From positions 3,296,001-3,360,000 of the forward strand of contig OZ255842.1 of the NCBI GenBank assembly GCA_965277805.1: DNA of 64,000 nucleotides, written 5' to 3'. The notes below the pieces were generated by a model, which was given only the letters and a program-made list of their open reading frames with translations, did not search any database and was not told where the DNA came from. The stretch is from Candidatus Lustribacter sp. (GTDB lineage: Bacteria; Vulcanimicrobiota; Vulcanimicrobiia; Vulcanimicrobiales; Vulcanimicrobiaceae). Position 1 is the first letter of the stretch; every line of letters starts with the position of its first letter. Shown piece by piece: positions 29,029 through 38,887 of this stretch. The position numbers and the translations under genes were made by a program.

Positions 29029-30035
29029 TCGTTGATGACGGACAACCCGAAGATCGAAGGTAAGCCCGTGACGATCTGCTTGAACGAATCGCCGTAGTCG
29101 CTCGACATCCATACGGAACCGTCGCTCATGCCGGCGAGGAACGACCCGGCGGTGCGGCGATCCGTCGTGACCGCACGCGGCGAGGGCAGAATCATTTCCG
29201 GCAAACCGCCGCCGCTGAGCATCGTCCAGTGCTTGCCCTGATCTTCGCTGCGGAAGAGTCCGGCGTTCGCGCCCTGCGGGCCGCGCCACGTGAGCGGCGG
29301 ACCGGCCGATGCCGCGGTGAAGAGCACGTTGGGCTTCGATGAATCGACGGCCAGCTGCGACATGTACCTGCGGCTGAGGCCGTCGTTGGCCAACGTGAAG
29401 TGCTCGCCGCCGTCCTCGCTGCGGAAACAGCCTTTGCCGCTCGTCGTGACGATCACGTCGGCGTTGTCGGGCATCACGGTGACGGTGTGCGAATCGAATT
29501 CCGCCCCGTTCTTGATCGTCGCCCACGTTTCGCCGCCGTCAACCGAGCGGATGATGTAGCCTTCTTCGATCGCGCCGAAGATGCGCTTGGGATCGCTGCG
29601 CGAGAGCCCGAGGCCTTTGACGTGCGCGATGTAAGGCGGACCGGGGAACGTCCATTCTTTGGTTTCGGGCATCGTGTGCATCTGCTCGCTGAACGTCCAC
29701 GACTCACCGTAGTCGACGCTCTTGAAGACGGCCGCCGGTCCGGTCCCGACGTAGATTTCACCGGTGTCCGGATGCTGCGCGATGCACCAGCATTGCTTGA
29801 AGATGATGCCGTTGTTCTTCTCGGCCCACGTCTTGCCGCCATCGTCGGACCGGAAGACGCCGCCGCGCCCGGTAACGGCGTAGCGCCGGTTCGGCAAACG
29901 ATGATCGGCGAGGATCGGCCACACGCGTCCTTGACCCTGCAGGCCCACCGGCTGCACGTCGCGCACGGCGCCGTTGAGGCGGCCCGCAAAGAGACCGTTT
30001 TCGGTGGAAACGTAGAGCGTCGACTCGTCGGCCAT
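29025..30035 (-). CDS. BNR/Asp-box beta-propeller protein (WD40/YVTN-like), no signal peptide
   Basis: Repeated S.D.G..W Asp boxes (SDDGGKTW, SVDYGESW, SVDGGETW, SEDGGEHF, SEDQGKHW, SSDYGDSF). Confidence 0.85.
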   Translation of the reverse strand: MADESTLYVSTENGLFAGRLNGAVRDVQPVGLQGQGRVWPILADHRLPNRRYAVTGRGGVFRSDDGGKTWAEKNNGIIFKQCWCIAQHPDTGEIYVGTGPAAVFKSVDYGESWTFSEQMHTMPETKEWTFPGPPYIAHVKGLGLSRSDPKRIFGAIEEGYIIRSVDGGETWATIKNGAEFDSHTVTVMPDNADVIVTTSGKGCFRSEDGGEHFTLANDGLSRRYMSQLAVDSSKPNVLFTAASAGPPLTWRGPQGANAGLFRSEDQGKHWTMLSGGGLPEMILPSPRAVTTDRRTAGSFLAGMSDGSVWMSSDYGDSFKQIVTGLPSIFGLSVIND

Positions 30036-30051
30036 GTTCGTATCTCCGGGA

Positions 30052-30963
30052 TTATGCGGAAGCGGGATGGAGCGCCGACCGCGCACAACTGACGACGAAA
30101 TCGGTGAGGCGATCGCTCAGCAAGTGCTCGTCGATGCCGCTCGCGTTCAGATGCGCGATTTGCGAAACGTGGTTGTGATGCGGTAAGTAGAGCACGTTCG
30201 GCCACCGGCCGTCGCGCTCGAAGAATGCTTGGGCGAGATTCCACGACTGACGGTGGGCACCCGGCGCGTCGAACTCCGAGATCGAAATCATCACCGGCAA
30301 ACCCGACGCCACGAGCCCCGGGACGCACGATGCCTCGGCGCGCGCCTGCGCGTCGTTGCCGAAGTAGGCGACGACGTGCGGCGCCGACGCGCTGAACTCG
30401 TACGATCCCGACATCAGCACGATCCCGTTGACGCCGCCGCCGGGCCGCGCGTGCAGATCGGGTCGCGCACCGTAGCACGCCACGTGCGTCGCGCCGGCGG
30501 ATTGTCCCAGCAGCGTGATCGCGTCCGGATCGCCGCCGTACGGCGCGATATTTGCCCGCACCCAGTCAACGGCCGCGCCGACGTCGGCCGCACCGGCGGG
30601 ATATTTGTGGGCCGGCGCGAGGCGATAGGTCATCGTAACGCCGACGAAACCGTTGCGCGCCGCCCACACGCCGACGTTGTCGTTGTACGGTGTTCCCGGC
30701 GTGCGCTTGTCGCCGCCGATGTAGGCGCCGCCGTGAACGAAGAGCACCACCGGCCGCGCGCCGGCGGCCTCGGCCGGAGCGAAGATGTCCAGCCGATGGC
30801 GCGGGTCGGGCCCGTACTGCTCGTCGCGCACCACGCGCAAGTTCGCATACGGCTCCGTTTCGTGATACGGGGTCAGCACCGCGCGCACCGCGGCGCCCTC
30901 TTCGGGAGCGAGCGGCACGCTGAGCTTTATCGCGGCCACCGCGCGGATCAGGTCTTCACGCAT
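30052..30963 (-). CDS. Alpha/beta hydrolase (HSL-type esterase/formamidase-like)
   Basis: HGGAY oxyanion motif, GQSAG nucleophile elbow, HNH near the C-terminus. Confidence 0.9.
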   Translation of the reverse strand: MREDLIRAVAAIKLSVPLAPEEGAAVRAVLTPYHETEPYANLRVVRDEQYGPDPRHRLDIFAPAEAAGARPVVLFVHGGAYIGGDKRTPGTPYNDNVGVWAARNGFVGVTMTYRLAPAHKYPAGAADVGAAVDWVRANIAPYGGDPDAITLLGQSAGATHVACYGARPDLHARPGGGVNGIVLMSGSYEFSASAPHVVAYFGNDAQARAEASCVPGLVASGLPVMISISEFDAPGAHRQSWNLAQAFFERDGRWPNVLYLPHHNHVSQIAHLNASGIDEHLLSDRLTDFVVSCARSALHPASA

Positions 30964-31891
30964 GATTCATCACCAGTTTATCAACCGTAATCGGTTGGGC
31001 AAGCATTTTGTACTTCACGGCCGCATCGAAGATCGACTGCAGGGCGGGCACTTCGAAGGTCAGCGCATAGCTCTTGGCCCCGATGTCTTGCTGCTGACCG
31101 GTATACTTCGTGATGATCGCCGTGGCTTGCTTGGCGTTTTTGGGATCGTTGGCCCAACGCGCGGCCTTGCGCATCGATTCGGCGAAGGCGCTCACGGTTT
31201 GCGGGTTCTGCGCGATCCAGTCGTTCGTGCCGAACCAGGCCGACACGATGATCCGCGGGTTGCCGAGGCCGTCGAAGGGGTTGCCGAGCGTGCGAATCTG
31301 CGGCCGCACCTGGGTCAACATCGGGTCGGTGAGCGTGGCGGCGTCGACCGTGCCGCGTTCGAGTGCCGGAGCGACTTGCGCCGGCACCAGCTCGACGAAC
31401 TTGACCGCGGTCGAGTCGCCGCCATTGCGGTCGATCCAGGCGTTGAGCGCCAAGCGGATGAGCCCGCTCAAGCTGATCGTCCCGACCGTCTTGCCGCTGA
31501 GATCCTTGGCCGTCTTGATCGGGCTCGACGGCCACACCACGAACGCGTTGGAGGGGTTGCTGTTCACCGCCACGGCCGCCGGCGAAATCCAGCTGATCGG
31601 GATGCCGTGTTCGCGCGCTTGCGCGAGGGTGAGCGTGTTGGCGATGCCGATCTGCGCGTTCCCGGTGGCGATCGCCTCGATCGCCGCTTGACCCTTCGTC
31701 AAGTTCGTGATCTCGACGTCCAAACCGGCGCGCTTGAACATGCCCGTTTCCTGTGCGAAAAACGCCTGGAATCCGTCGGCATCGATGACGATGACGTGGA
31801 GCTTCGCCGGCGTTGCGGCGCGCAGCATCTTCGAGCGCACGGCCGCCAGCGCGGACATCAGGCTCGTAACGAAAGCAGCGCGGCGCATCAT
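30956..31891 (-). CDS. ABC substrate-binding protein, NMT1/SsuA/THI5 type
   Basis: Tat-like leader MMRRAAFVTS; GMFKRAGLDV and DLSGKTVG motifs. Confidence 0.87.
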   Translation of the reverse strand: MMRRAAFVTSLMSALAAVRSKMLRAATPAKLHVIVIDADGFQAFFAQETGMFKRAGLDVEITNLTKGQAAIEAIATGNAQIGIANTLTLAQAREHGIPISWISPAAVAVNSNPSNAFVVWPSSPIKTAKDLSGKTVGTISLSGLIRLALNAWIDRNGGDSTAVKFVELVPAQVAPALERGTVDAATLTDPMLTQVRPQIRTLGNPFDGLGNPRIIVSAWFGTNDWIAQNPQTVSAFAESMRKAARWANDPKNAKQATAIITKYTGQQQDIGAKSYALTFEVPALQSIFDAAVKYKMLAQPITVDKLVMNHA

Positions 31892-31897
31892 GGTGTC

Positions 31898-33364
31898 CTA
31901 CCGAACGTCGAAGGCGAGGTGATACGCCGGATAACGCTCGCCCGGATGGTCGCGCGCGTTGAGCATCGGCTGCAAGAAGTAGCCGCCGGCAACGGCGTTG
32001 ACGTCGGCCGGCGTTCCGGGACCGAGAATTTGACCCGTATAGATCGTGGGATACAAGTCGATGTAGTGGCGCCCGATGCGGCCGGGCGCGCGAATCGTGA
32101 TCGCGACGTCGCCTTGGCTGTTGAAGCCGCACGCGTAGCCCAAGTAGCCGTTGTCGAGATCGAGCGTATACGTGTTGCCGGTTTCCGACCAGCCGATGCC
32201 GGTGAGATGAATCGACACCGGGTCGCCGGGGTGAACGGCGGCGGGCGCGATCGGATCGAGCTCCGGCAAAATCGAATATGCGACCGTCGCCTCAACCGAT
32301 GCGTCGGGCCCGCTCGCGGCGCGCGCGACGATGTGGTGCGGACCTCCCAGATCCGCCGGCGTTTTCACGTGCAGCACGAACGCGCCGCCGGCGTCGCTGC
32401 GCACGGTCGTGAGGGGACCGCGCTGCGTTTCCCAGCCGGTCGCGCTCAAGCGGTTTCCGACGACGGTCTCCCATTCGACCGCGATCGCGCTCGCGGGGGC
32501 AAAGCCGCTGCCGTGCAGCGTGAGCGGGCTGCCGACGGCGCCGCTCGTGTAGTCGACATCGAGGTGCGGCGTGCCGGGTAGCGGCGGCGGATCGACCGCG
32601 ACCGCGCGCGGCAAGGCTTGCGCAGCTGCCGGCGCTGTCGCGAGCGCCGGTCCGCCAACGATGCGGAAACGCGCCGCGAGAATCATCGGGATGATCGCCT
32701 GATAGTCGGGGCTCTGCTGCAAGTTGAGGTAGGGGCCGGCGTGACCTTCGATCGCTTGCAGCGTGTGGAAACCGGGTTCACCGCTGGCGCGGATCGTCAC
32801 GCGTGCCGTGCCGTGCGTCGTGATGCCGGAGAGCCAGCCGGTTTGCGCGCCGTCGTAGAGCAGATGCCACACGGCTTGATAGAAGCGGTAACCGATCCCG
32901 GTCATCGTGATCGTGATCGGCGTGCCGGACGGACCGGAAACCGGTTGCATGGTCAGGTGCGGGATCACGGTGAAGCCCTGATGCGCGACAAGCGCGCCGC
33001 CGCTTTCGGGATGCAGTTCCACGTCGTGGATGTAACCGAAATCTTCCGGTACGGTGAAACGCGCGGTCAACGCTCCGGCGGCGTCGCTCGATGCGACCAG
33101 CAGCGTTTGCGCCGATTCGGGCGCAACGATGCCGTAGAACTTCGGGCCCTCGACGCGCCAGTTCGGACGCGCGCTGCGCCATACCAGCGCGAAGCGCGCC
33201 CCGGGCGGCAGGCCCGTGGCGCGTGCGATCACCGTCGTTCCGACCTTCGCCGCGACCGGTGCGAACGTCAGACGCGCCTCGCTACTCTGCGCGGTCGCAG
33301 CGGAAACGACGGCGCAGCACAGGGCTGCCGCCGCGGTTAGCACCGCGAGCGGCCGGCGAATCAT
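31898..33364 (-). CDS. Secreted hypothetical protein with four Ig/IPT-like modules (A-B-A-B internal duplication)
   Basis: Signal peptide ending ATA-Q; repeated blocks SDAAGAL..FTVPEDFG.IH / SDAGGAF..VKTPADLGG.H and TGIGY..YD...GW....G....IRASG..GFH / TGIGW..LD...GY....G....IRAPG..GRH. Confidence 0.8.
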   Translation of the reverse strand: MIRRPLAVLTAAAALCCAVVSAATAQSSEARLTFAPVAAKVGTTVIARATGLPPGARFALVWRSARPNWRVEGPKFYGIVAPESAQTLLVASSDAAGALTARFTVPEDFGYIHDVELHPESGGALVAHQGFTVIPHLTMQPVSGPSGTPITITMTGIGYRFYQAVWHLLYDGAQTGWLSGITTHGTARVTIRASGEPGFHTLQAIEGHAGPYLNLQQSPDYQAIIPMILAARFRIVGGPALATAPAAAQALPRAVAVDPPPLPGTPHLDVDYTSGAVGSPLTLHGSGFAPASAIAVEWETVVGNRLSATGWETQRGPLTTVRSDAGGAFVLHVKTPADLGGPHHIVARAASGPDASVEATVAYSILPELDPIAPAAVHPGDPVSIHLTGIGWSETGNTYTLDLDNGYLGYACGFNSQGDVAITIRAPGRIGRHYIDLYPTIYTGQILGPGTPADVNAVAGGYFLQPMLNARDHPGERYPAYHLAFDVR

Positions 33365-33897
33365 TTCGCGGCCGCGGGGTCCGTCTTCGCGACGATCTGC
33401 AAAACGGCGACGCCGACTTCCTGACCGATCGGCGCGAACGCGGCGGTATGCCCCGCGTTGTCCGTGGCCGCGGCCGTCCAGGTGAGCGTGCCCGTCGGAT
33501 GGTCGTGCGAGACCGGGTACGCCGCTGCGAAGTAGAGGGCGTGGCTGGGCACCGGAACGTTCGGCGGCGGATGCGGCTGATACACGAGCGGGACCTTCGC
33601 GCCTTCACCGGTGGTGACGACGACTTTGACCCCGCGCTGCGTGATTTGCTCACCCGTTAGCGGGACGCCGTTCGCATCGGCCACCACGGCCCGGAAGATG
33701 ATCGTGTCGCCGGGCGCAAAGACGCTCTGCGTCACGCACAACGCGCCCTGCACGCCTTTGCCTTGCCGAGCGCTCGTGACGACGTCGGCATTGAGGCGCA
33801 GCGCCGCGGCACCCGGGGCCGATTGTGCGGAAGCGGGCAGCGCACCGGTACAAAGACCCAAGAATGCGGAGACGGCGAGGCCGATGAGAATTCGCAT
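33361..33897 (-). CDS. Secreted hypothetical beta-sandwich protein
   Basis: Signal peptide ending ASA-Q; CVTQSVF..GDTIIFR, YQPHPP and HPTG motifs; ATGA overlap with the downstream gene. Confidence 0.78.
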   Translation of the reverse strand: MRILIGLAVSAFLGLCTGALPASAQSAPGAAALRLNADVVTSARQGKGVQGALCVTQSVFAPGDTIIFRAVVADANGVPLTGEQITQRGVKVVVTTGEGAKVPLVYQPHPPPNVPVPSHALYFAAAYPVSHDHPTGTLTWTAAATDNAGHTAAFAPIGQEVGVAVLQIVAKTDPAAAK

Positions 33898-33938
33898 GTG
33901 GCGATACTTGGTTCGGCCGACATGGAAACCTTCTGCCG

Positions 33939-34880
33939 TCAGGTCAATGCGGCCGGAATTTTCTCACGAAAATGTTCGAACGTGGCGCGCAGACCACTCG
34001 CGAGATCCGTCTCGGCCGTCCAGTCGAGTTCGCGCGCCGCCTTTGCGCAGTCGAAGTACACGTCCCGGATATCTCCCGGCCGTCGCGGCGCGTGATCGAT
34101 CGGCGCGCTGAACCCGCTGGCCGAACACAACGCCTCGTAGATCGCGTTGACCGACGTCTTCCGTCCGGTCCCGATCGCGTAGATCTCACCCGACCCGCGC
34201 TTGAGTGCGGCGAGGTTCGCGCGAACGACATCTCCCACGTACACGTAGTCGCGCGTCTGCTCGCCGTCCCAATCGATTCGCACGCCGTTTCGCGCAAGAA
34301 ATTTTCCGATGAAGATCGCGATGACTCCGGCTTCGCCGTTCGGGTCCTGCCGAGGTCCGTAGACGTTGCCGTAGCGCAGCGCGGTGAAGTCGAGCCCATG
34401 TTCGGCCTGATAGAAGCGCAGGTAGTGCTCCGCGACCATTTTGGTGATGCCGTATGGAGAGACCGGGCGCTGTGGTGAAGCCTCGGTCACCGGCAGTTGC
34501 GCGAGATCTCCGTACGTGGCGGCGCTCGATGCGAAGATCACCTTTCGCGTTCCGGACGCCACCGCGGCATCGAGCACGTTGAGCAATCCGATCACGTTCA
34601 CTCCGGCGTCGAATTGCGGATCGCGCGATCCGATTGCGACGCTGTGTTGCGCCGCATGGTGACAGACGATCTCCGGATTGAACTCGTGAAATATTCTTTT
34701 GACGCCGGCGTCGCGGATATCCAAGTGCACGAACGACGCGCGCGAGTCGACGTTTTCGCGCCGTCCGCCACCATGCTGCCACAGGTTGTCGATCACGACG
34801 ACGTCGTGCGAACGGGCAACGAGCGCATCGACGATGTGTGAGCCGATGAATCCGGCTCCGCCGGTGACGATTATCCGCAT
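33939..34880 (-). CDS. NAD-dependent epimerase, UDP-glucose 4-epimerase-like
   Basis: TGGAGFIGS, SSAATYG, YGITK and RYGNVYGPRQDP..EAGVIAIF motifs. Confidence 0.93.
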   Translation of the reverse strand: MRIIVTGGAGFIGSHIVDALVARSHDVVVIDNLWQHGGGRRENVDSRASFVHLDIRDAGVKRIFHEFNPEIVCHHAAQHSVAIGSRDPQFDAGVNVIGLLNVLDAAVASGTRKVIFASSAATYGDLAQLPVTEASPQRPVSPYGITKMVAEHYLRFYQAEHGLDFTALRYGNVYGPRQDPNGEAGVIAIFIGKFLARNGVRIDWDGEQTRDYVYVGDVVRANLAALKRGSGEIYAIGTGRKTSVNAIYEALCSASGFSAPIDHAPRRPGDIRDVYFDCAKAARELDWTAETDLASGLRATFEHFREKIPAALT

Positions 34881-34940
34881 GACAATAGATATTCACACCA
34901 AACGAAGGTAGCGCCAAGATGCTCGCGGCCCACACGTACT

Positions 34941-34954
34941 AGGACCTTCGTCCC
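34941..34954. promoter_or_regulatory. DosR-box-like 14-bp site AGGACCTTCGTCCC
   Basis: Pseudo-palindrome, 11/14 match to GGGACTTTAGTCCC; lies between the divergent epimerase and sensor kinase. Confidence 0.55.
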
Positions 34955-35096
34955 CATCAAATTCTTGGGCACGTAAACCTTTCGCCAAGCACGTTTCCCG
35001 GCGCATACCGATGCTGTACATATGTTCTGACGTGTTCCTAAATTGCGCATGGCTAGCGACTAACCGCTCATTAACTCACTCGGCGCGGACGCAGCG

Positions 35097-37022
35097 ATGA
35101 ACTTCCGGCGCTGGCTGGCGATTCTCGTGCTCGTACCGCTCGTTCTCGTCGTCTGCACAACCGCCGGCCTCATCGCCCTCGCTCAGGCAACGCGTCAAGC
35201 CGAAGGCGACGCCCAACGCGTCTCGGAGCTCTATTCGAGCGTCTCCGAACTCACGCTGAGCCTGCTGCAATTGGAGCTGCAAGCGCGAGCGTATGTCTCA
35301 ACCGGCGATGTTAGCGATCTCGACGCCTATGAGGGCACGCGCCAAGCCTTCGACTTCCAAATGACACATCTGTACGCCGACTCGCGTCCCGAACCGGTCC
35401 TCGCAGCTCAAGTTCCGGGGTTGGAACGCCTCGCTCGGCAGACGCTCGCGCAATTGGATGCGGCCGTGCGCACCCGGCAGGCAAGCCGGCTCCCGCAAAG
35501 CGATCGCGGCGGAACGGAAATGTTCTCGGTTGCTCAAAAACAATTCGCGGACACCGCGTATCAACTCCGCGCGCGCCGTCTGGGCGGGCTCACGCACCTT
35601 TGGGACGAAGGCGCGGCCCTCATCGCAGTGGCGCTCACGTGCGGTCTCTGCGTCACGATCGTCTTGGCAATCGTGGCGCGCCGTCATCTCGCGCGCCGGA
35701 TCGAGTACGTCGAGCGCCGGGCGCACGCATACGAGACGAAGGACGATGCGGCAGCCCTTCCCCCGGTCGGCGGCGGCGACGAAATCGCCCACCTCGACGA
35801 CGCGCTGCGAACGATGGCGTCGACCATCCGCACGCGGGAATCCGAGCTGCGGGTCGCGCTGGGCGAAGCCGAGGCGGCCTCACGGGCGAAGTCGGCATTC
35901 GTCGCAACGATCAGCCACGAAATCCGGACCCCGCTCAACGGCGTGATCGGGATGAGCGAGCTGTTGGCGGAAGCCGACCTCGCGCCGCCGCTCCGCGAAT
36001 ACGTTGAAACCATCAGTACGTCGAGCAAGCTGCTGCTCGAGCTGATCAACGGCATCCTCGACTTCTCGAAGCTGTCGGCGGGGGCGCTGACGCTAAACGC
36101 CGGCCCGGTCATGGTCGAGCCGCTCGTTCGCGAAACGGCTGCGCTTTTTTCGCGGCAAGCGCGGGACGCGGGCCTGGATTTGCGCGTCGACATTGCGGCA
36201 AACGTCCCCCTGACGGTGGACGCCGACGCGTTGCGCTTGCGGCAGATTCTCGCCAATCTCATCGGAAATGCCGTGAAGTTTACGCCGGCCGGGTCCGTCA
36301 CGGTCTCGGTCGCAGGGGGCCCGATCATCGACGAACGGTCGACGCTGTGCTTCGACGTGATCGATACCGGGGTCGGAATAGACCCCTCGATGCAAGAGAC
36401 GATCTTCGAGCCCTTTCGGCAAGCCGACATGTCCACGACCCGCCGCTTCGGCGGCACGGGACTCGGACTATCGATCTCGCGCCACCTGGCCGCGATGATG
36501 AACGGCTCGATCGCGGTACGCAGCACCCCCGGCTCGGGCACGACCTTCTCCCTCAGCGTCCCGTTACGCGTCCTCTCGGCCGTTGCCGCCGCGTCGCCGG
36601 CCGGCGGCCCTCCATCGAACGCCGCCGGCGACGAGCGCCACGAAGCCGTCCTGCTGGTCGAGGACAACGAAGTCAACCAACGCGTCGCCACGCGCATGCT
36701 GCAGCGTTTGGGGCTCCACAGCGACGTCGCAGCCAACGGCAGCGAAGCGCTTGGCAGGCTGGAACGTTCGCGCTACGACCTCGTCTTCATGGATTTGCAG
36801 ATGCCGGTGATGGACGGCTTTGAAGCATCAACGGAACTGCGGCGCCGGGAGCAAGCGACCGGCGGACACGTTCCGATCATTGCAATGACCGCCAACGCGC
36901 TGCCGGAGGACCGGGAGGCCTGTTTCGCAGCCGGCATGGACGACCACGTTGCCAAGCCGGTGACGCTCGCCGAACTGCGCCGCGTCGTGCAGCGATGGCT
37001 TCCGGAACACGCCGACGCATGA
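35097..37022 (+). CDS. Hybrid sensor histidine kinase (CHASE3-like sensor, HAMP, HisKA, HATPase, REC)
   Basis: Two TM helices; [32 protein letters not shown]; receiver VEDNEVN...FMDLQMP...AKP. Confidence 0.95.
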   Translation: MNFRRWLAILVLVPLVLVVCTTAGLIALAQATRQAEGDAQRVSELYSSVSELTLSLLQLELQARAYVSTGDVSDLDAYEGTRQAFDFQMTHLYADSRPEPVLAAQVPGLERLARQTLAQLDAAVRTRQASRLPQSDRGGTEMFSVAQKQFADTAYQLRARRLGGLTHLWDEGAALIAVALTCGLCVTIVLAIVARRHLARRIEYVERRAHAYETKDDAAALPPVGGGDEIAHLDDALRTMASTIRTRESELRVALGEAEAASRAKSAFVATISHEIRTPLNGVIGMSELLAEADLAPPLREYVETISTSSKLLLELINGILDFSKLSAGALTLNAGPVMVEPLVRETAALFSRQARDAGLDLRVDIAANVPLTVDADALRLRQILANLIGNAVKFTPAGSVTVSVAGGPIIDERSTLCFDVIDTGVGIDPSMQETIFEPFRQADMSTTRRFGGTGLGLSISRHLAAMMNGSIAVRSTPGSGTTFSLSVPLRVLSAVAAASPAGGPPSNAAGDERHEAVLLVEDNEVNQRVATRMLQRLGLHSDVAANGSEALGRLERSRYDLVFMDLQMPVMDGFEASTELRRREQATGGHVPIIAMTANALPEDREACFAAGMDDHVAKPVTLAELRRVVQRWLPEHADA

Positions 37023-37231
37023 AAGAAACGAAAGGATCAGCCGTGAAAATTTCTGATATCGCCCGGTTACTTGGTAGGCCGGAGGTCCAACAGCACGATC
37101 GCGCAGCTATACATCGGTGCTACTGGCGTTGCGGGTGTGAAGCCGTCAACGTCCGCGGTCTCTGTTACGAGGAGGGCTGGTCGTTCATGCCGTGCAGCCG
37201 GCATCCGTCCGCCGCCTGCGGTTCGTCCTAG
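37019..37231 (+). CDS. Small Cys/His-rich hypothetical protein
   Basis: ATGA overlap with the kinase stop (alternative GTG at 37043 with AAGGA RBS); W.CGC...C..H pattern; fills the gap exactly. Confidence 0.5.
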   Translation: MKETKGSAVKISDIARLLGRPEVQQHDRAAIHRCYWRCGCEAVNVRGLCYEEGWSFMPCSRHPSAACGSS

Positions 37232-37788
37232 GCGTCGCCGCTGTGATCGGTTTCACGGTCGAGCACGCGGACCAGCAGCTCTGAGCGCGATTTCGTTCCG
37301 GCCTTCCGCAGAATGTTCTTCACATGGTCGCCAACCGTGCCCTCGCTGATGAACAGATCGGCCGCGATTCGGGGGCTGCTGTAGCCCTTCAGGATGAATC
37401 CGAGAACTTCGCTTTCCCGGTTGGTCAACTTGAATCTCTTGCTCGCCAATGCAAGCGAGTTACTGCGCGCCCCGATGTCCTCGAGAAACGCCGCCACGTA
37501 GCCGTCGAGCTCTCCGGTGAGCGGGACCACGCGAAGCATCAGACCGGCCCCGAGTTCTTCATAGGCCGGCTCGCGGAACGCGCCGGCCAGTTTGCGTTCC
37601 CTCAGATGCGCCAGGCTTGCCCCCAGAAGCTTGCTGTTGACCAGATTCGGCGAGGAAAATTCCACTTGACCGCTGCGGTTCACGATGAAAAATTTCGGCG
37701 CATCCCGGCGCTGCAAGCGTGCGAGCGCCCGCTCGCCACGCGAGTTCACTGGCTCCTCATATTCATCGGATCTGCGGGCGATAGACAC
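37228..37788 (-). CDS. LuxR-family HTH transcriptional regulator
   Basis: LTNRESEVL..ILKGYSS..IA..LFISEGTVGDHVKNI..K motif; no receiver domain. Confidence 0.88.
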   Translation of the reverse strand: MSIARRSDEYEEPVNSRGERALARLQRRDAPKFFIVNRSGQVEFSSPNLVNSKLLGASLAHLRERKLAGAFREPAYEELGAGLMLRVVPLTGELDGYVAAFLEDIGARSNSLALASKRFKLTNRESEVLGFILKGYSSPRIAADLFISEGTVGDHVKNILRKAGTKSRSELLVRVLDRETDHSGDA

Positions 37789-37859
37789 TGACTCAGCAAC
37801 TCTCCATTAGAACCGACCCTCGTACGGCAACAATGCTGCGCATTGTATACGGTTCCTAC

Positions 37860-37873
37860 CGCACGAACGTCCC
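37860..37873. promoter_or_regulatory. DosR-box-like 14-bp site (reverse complement GGGACGTTCGTGCG)
   Basis: About 72 bp upstream of the LuxR gene, similar to the offset of the epimerase site. Confidence 0.45.
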
Positions 37874-38148
37874 GACTCGTTGAGTAAGGCGCATTCTTTT
37901 GCCCATTCAGCGTGCCGCGAAACGCGCGTAAGGCTGGGATGGATGGCTACAGCGTAATGCTTTTGTATGGACCGTTGCAATGGACTATTGACCCAAGCAA
38001 CGCGCAGACAAATGGGCATTTTCAGTGCCAATATCCCGTGTTCGGGGGAGTGCGCGCGATATCTGGTCCCGGGTATTTAGTTACATATCTTCCTGCAACG
38101 CGACGTACCTAACGTCGCAGGTCCACCTAAATTCCTAGGAGCCTACAA

Positions 38149-38787
38149 ATGCCGCCGCAACTGACAAATCGCACGCTGATCATTGAAAGCCAAGCTCTCT
38201 TCGCGAAGGCACTGGCTCAAGTGCTCTCACTGGATTCGTCGATAGAAGTCGTCGGCGATGCCGTTTCGGTAAGCGAAGCCTACATCGCCTCGACGCGTCC
38301 GGATATTATCCTGATCGATATCGACGGCGGCCTCGTCGATCTAACCGAAGCGGTAACGTGCAGTCGCAAAGTATCGCCGAATGTGAAAATTTGCACCTTG
38401 TCGATGCACTTGCAACCCGACGTAATGCAACGTTGTCTCAACGCCGGCGTCGACGGTTATATCGTCAAGGACGTTTCGCCTAACGAATTCATGCGCGCCA
38501 TCAAATCGGTCGCATCGGGCGAAACCTACGTCGACCCGCGCATCGCCGGTCGTCTGCTGCGCAGGCGATCGAGCCCCCAGCGTTACCCCGATCCCTGCGA
38601 TCTTTCGATGCGCGAAGTCGAAGTCGTCCGGTTGATCGTCGCCGGGATGTCGAACAAGGAAATCAGTTCGAACCTGCACCTCTCCGAAAAAACGATCAAA
38701 AATCACGTCAGCCGGATCTTTACCAAGTTCAATTGTACGGCGCGCACGCAGGCAGCAGTATATGCGCTGCGCTCGGGGTTAGTCTGA
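38149..38787 (+). CDS. NarL/DevR-type response regulator (REC + LuxR HTH)
   Basis: LIDID phospho-site, YIVKD; HTH LSMREVEV...SNKEI...LSEKTIKNHVSRIF...RTQAA; AGGAG RBS. Confidence 0.93.
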   Translation: MPPQLTNRTLIIESQALFAKALAQVLSLDSSIEVVGDAVSVSEAYIASTRPDIILIDIDGGLVDLTEAVTCSRKVSPNVKICTLSMHLQPDVMQRCLNAGVDGYIVKDVSPNEFMRAIKSVASGETYVDPRIAGRLLRRRSSPQRYPDPCDLSMREVEVVRLIVAGMSNKEISSNLHLSEKTIKNHVSRIFTKFNCTARTQAAVYALRSGLV

Positions 38788-38802
38788 ACGCGGGGTTAAG
38801 GG

Positions 38803-38816
38803 TTACCAAAAGTCCC
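38803..38816. promoter_or_regulatory. DosR-box-like 14-bp site (reverse complement GGGACTTTTGGTAA)
   Basis: About 72 bp upstream of the REC-only gene at 38888. Confidence 0.45.
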
Positions 38817-38887
38817 TTGTGCGATGCACCGCATGTGCGTAACGTCACATCGTGCATCCACCCTCAACTCGCGAAGCCTCCGGGAAT

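Noticed and set aside
37789-38148. Possible riboswitch, sRNA or small ORFs in the 360-bp LuxR/response-regulator spacer, including palindrome ACAATGC-TGC-GCATTGT at 37830-37846
   Set aside because: No c-di-GMP or other riboswitch consensus recognised. The palindrome is single-copy, so it is unsupported without an Rfam or conservation search.
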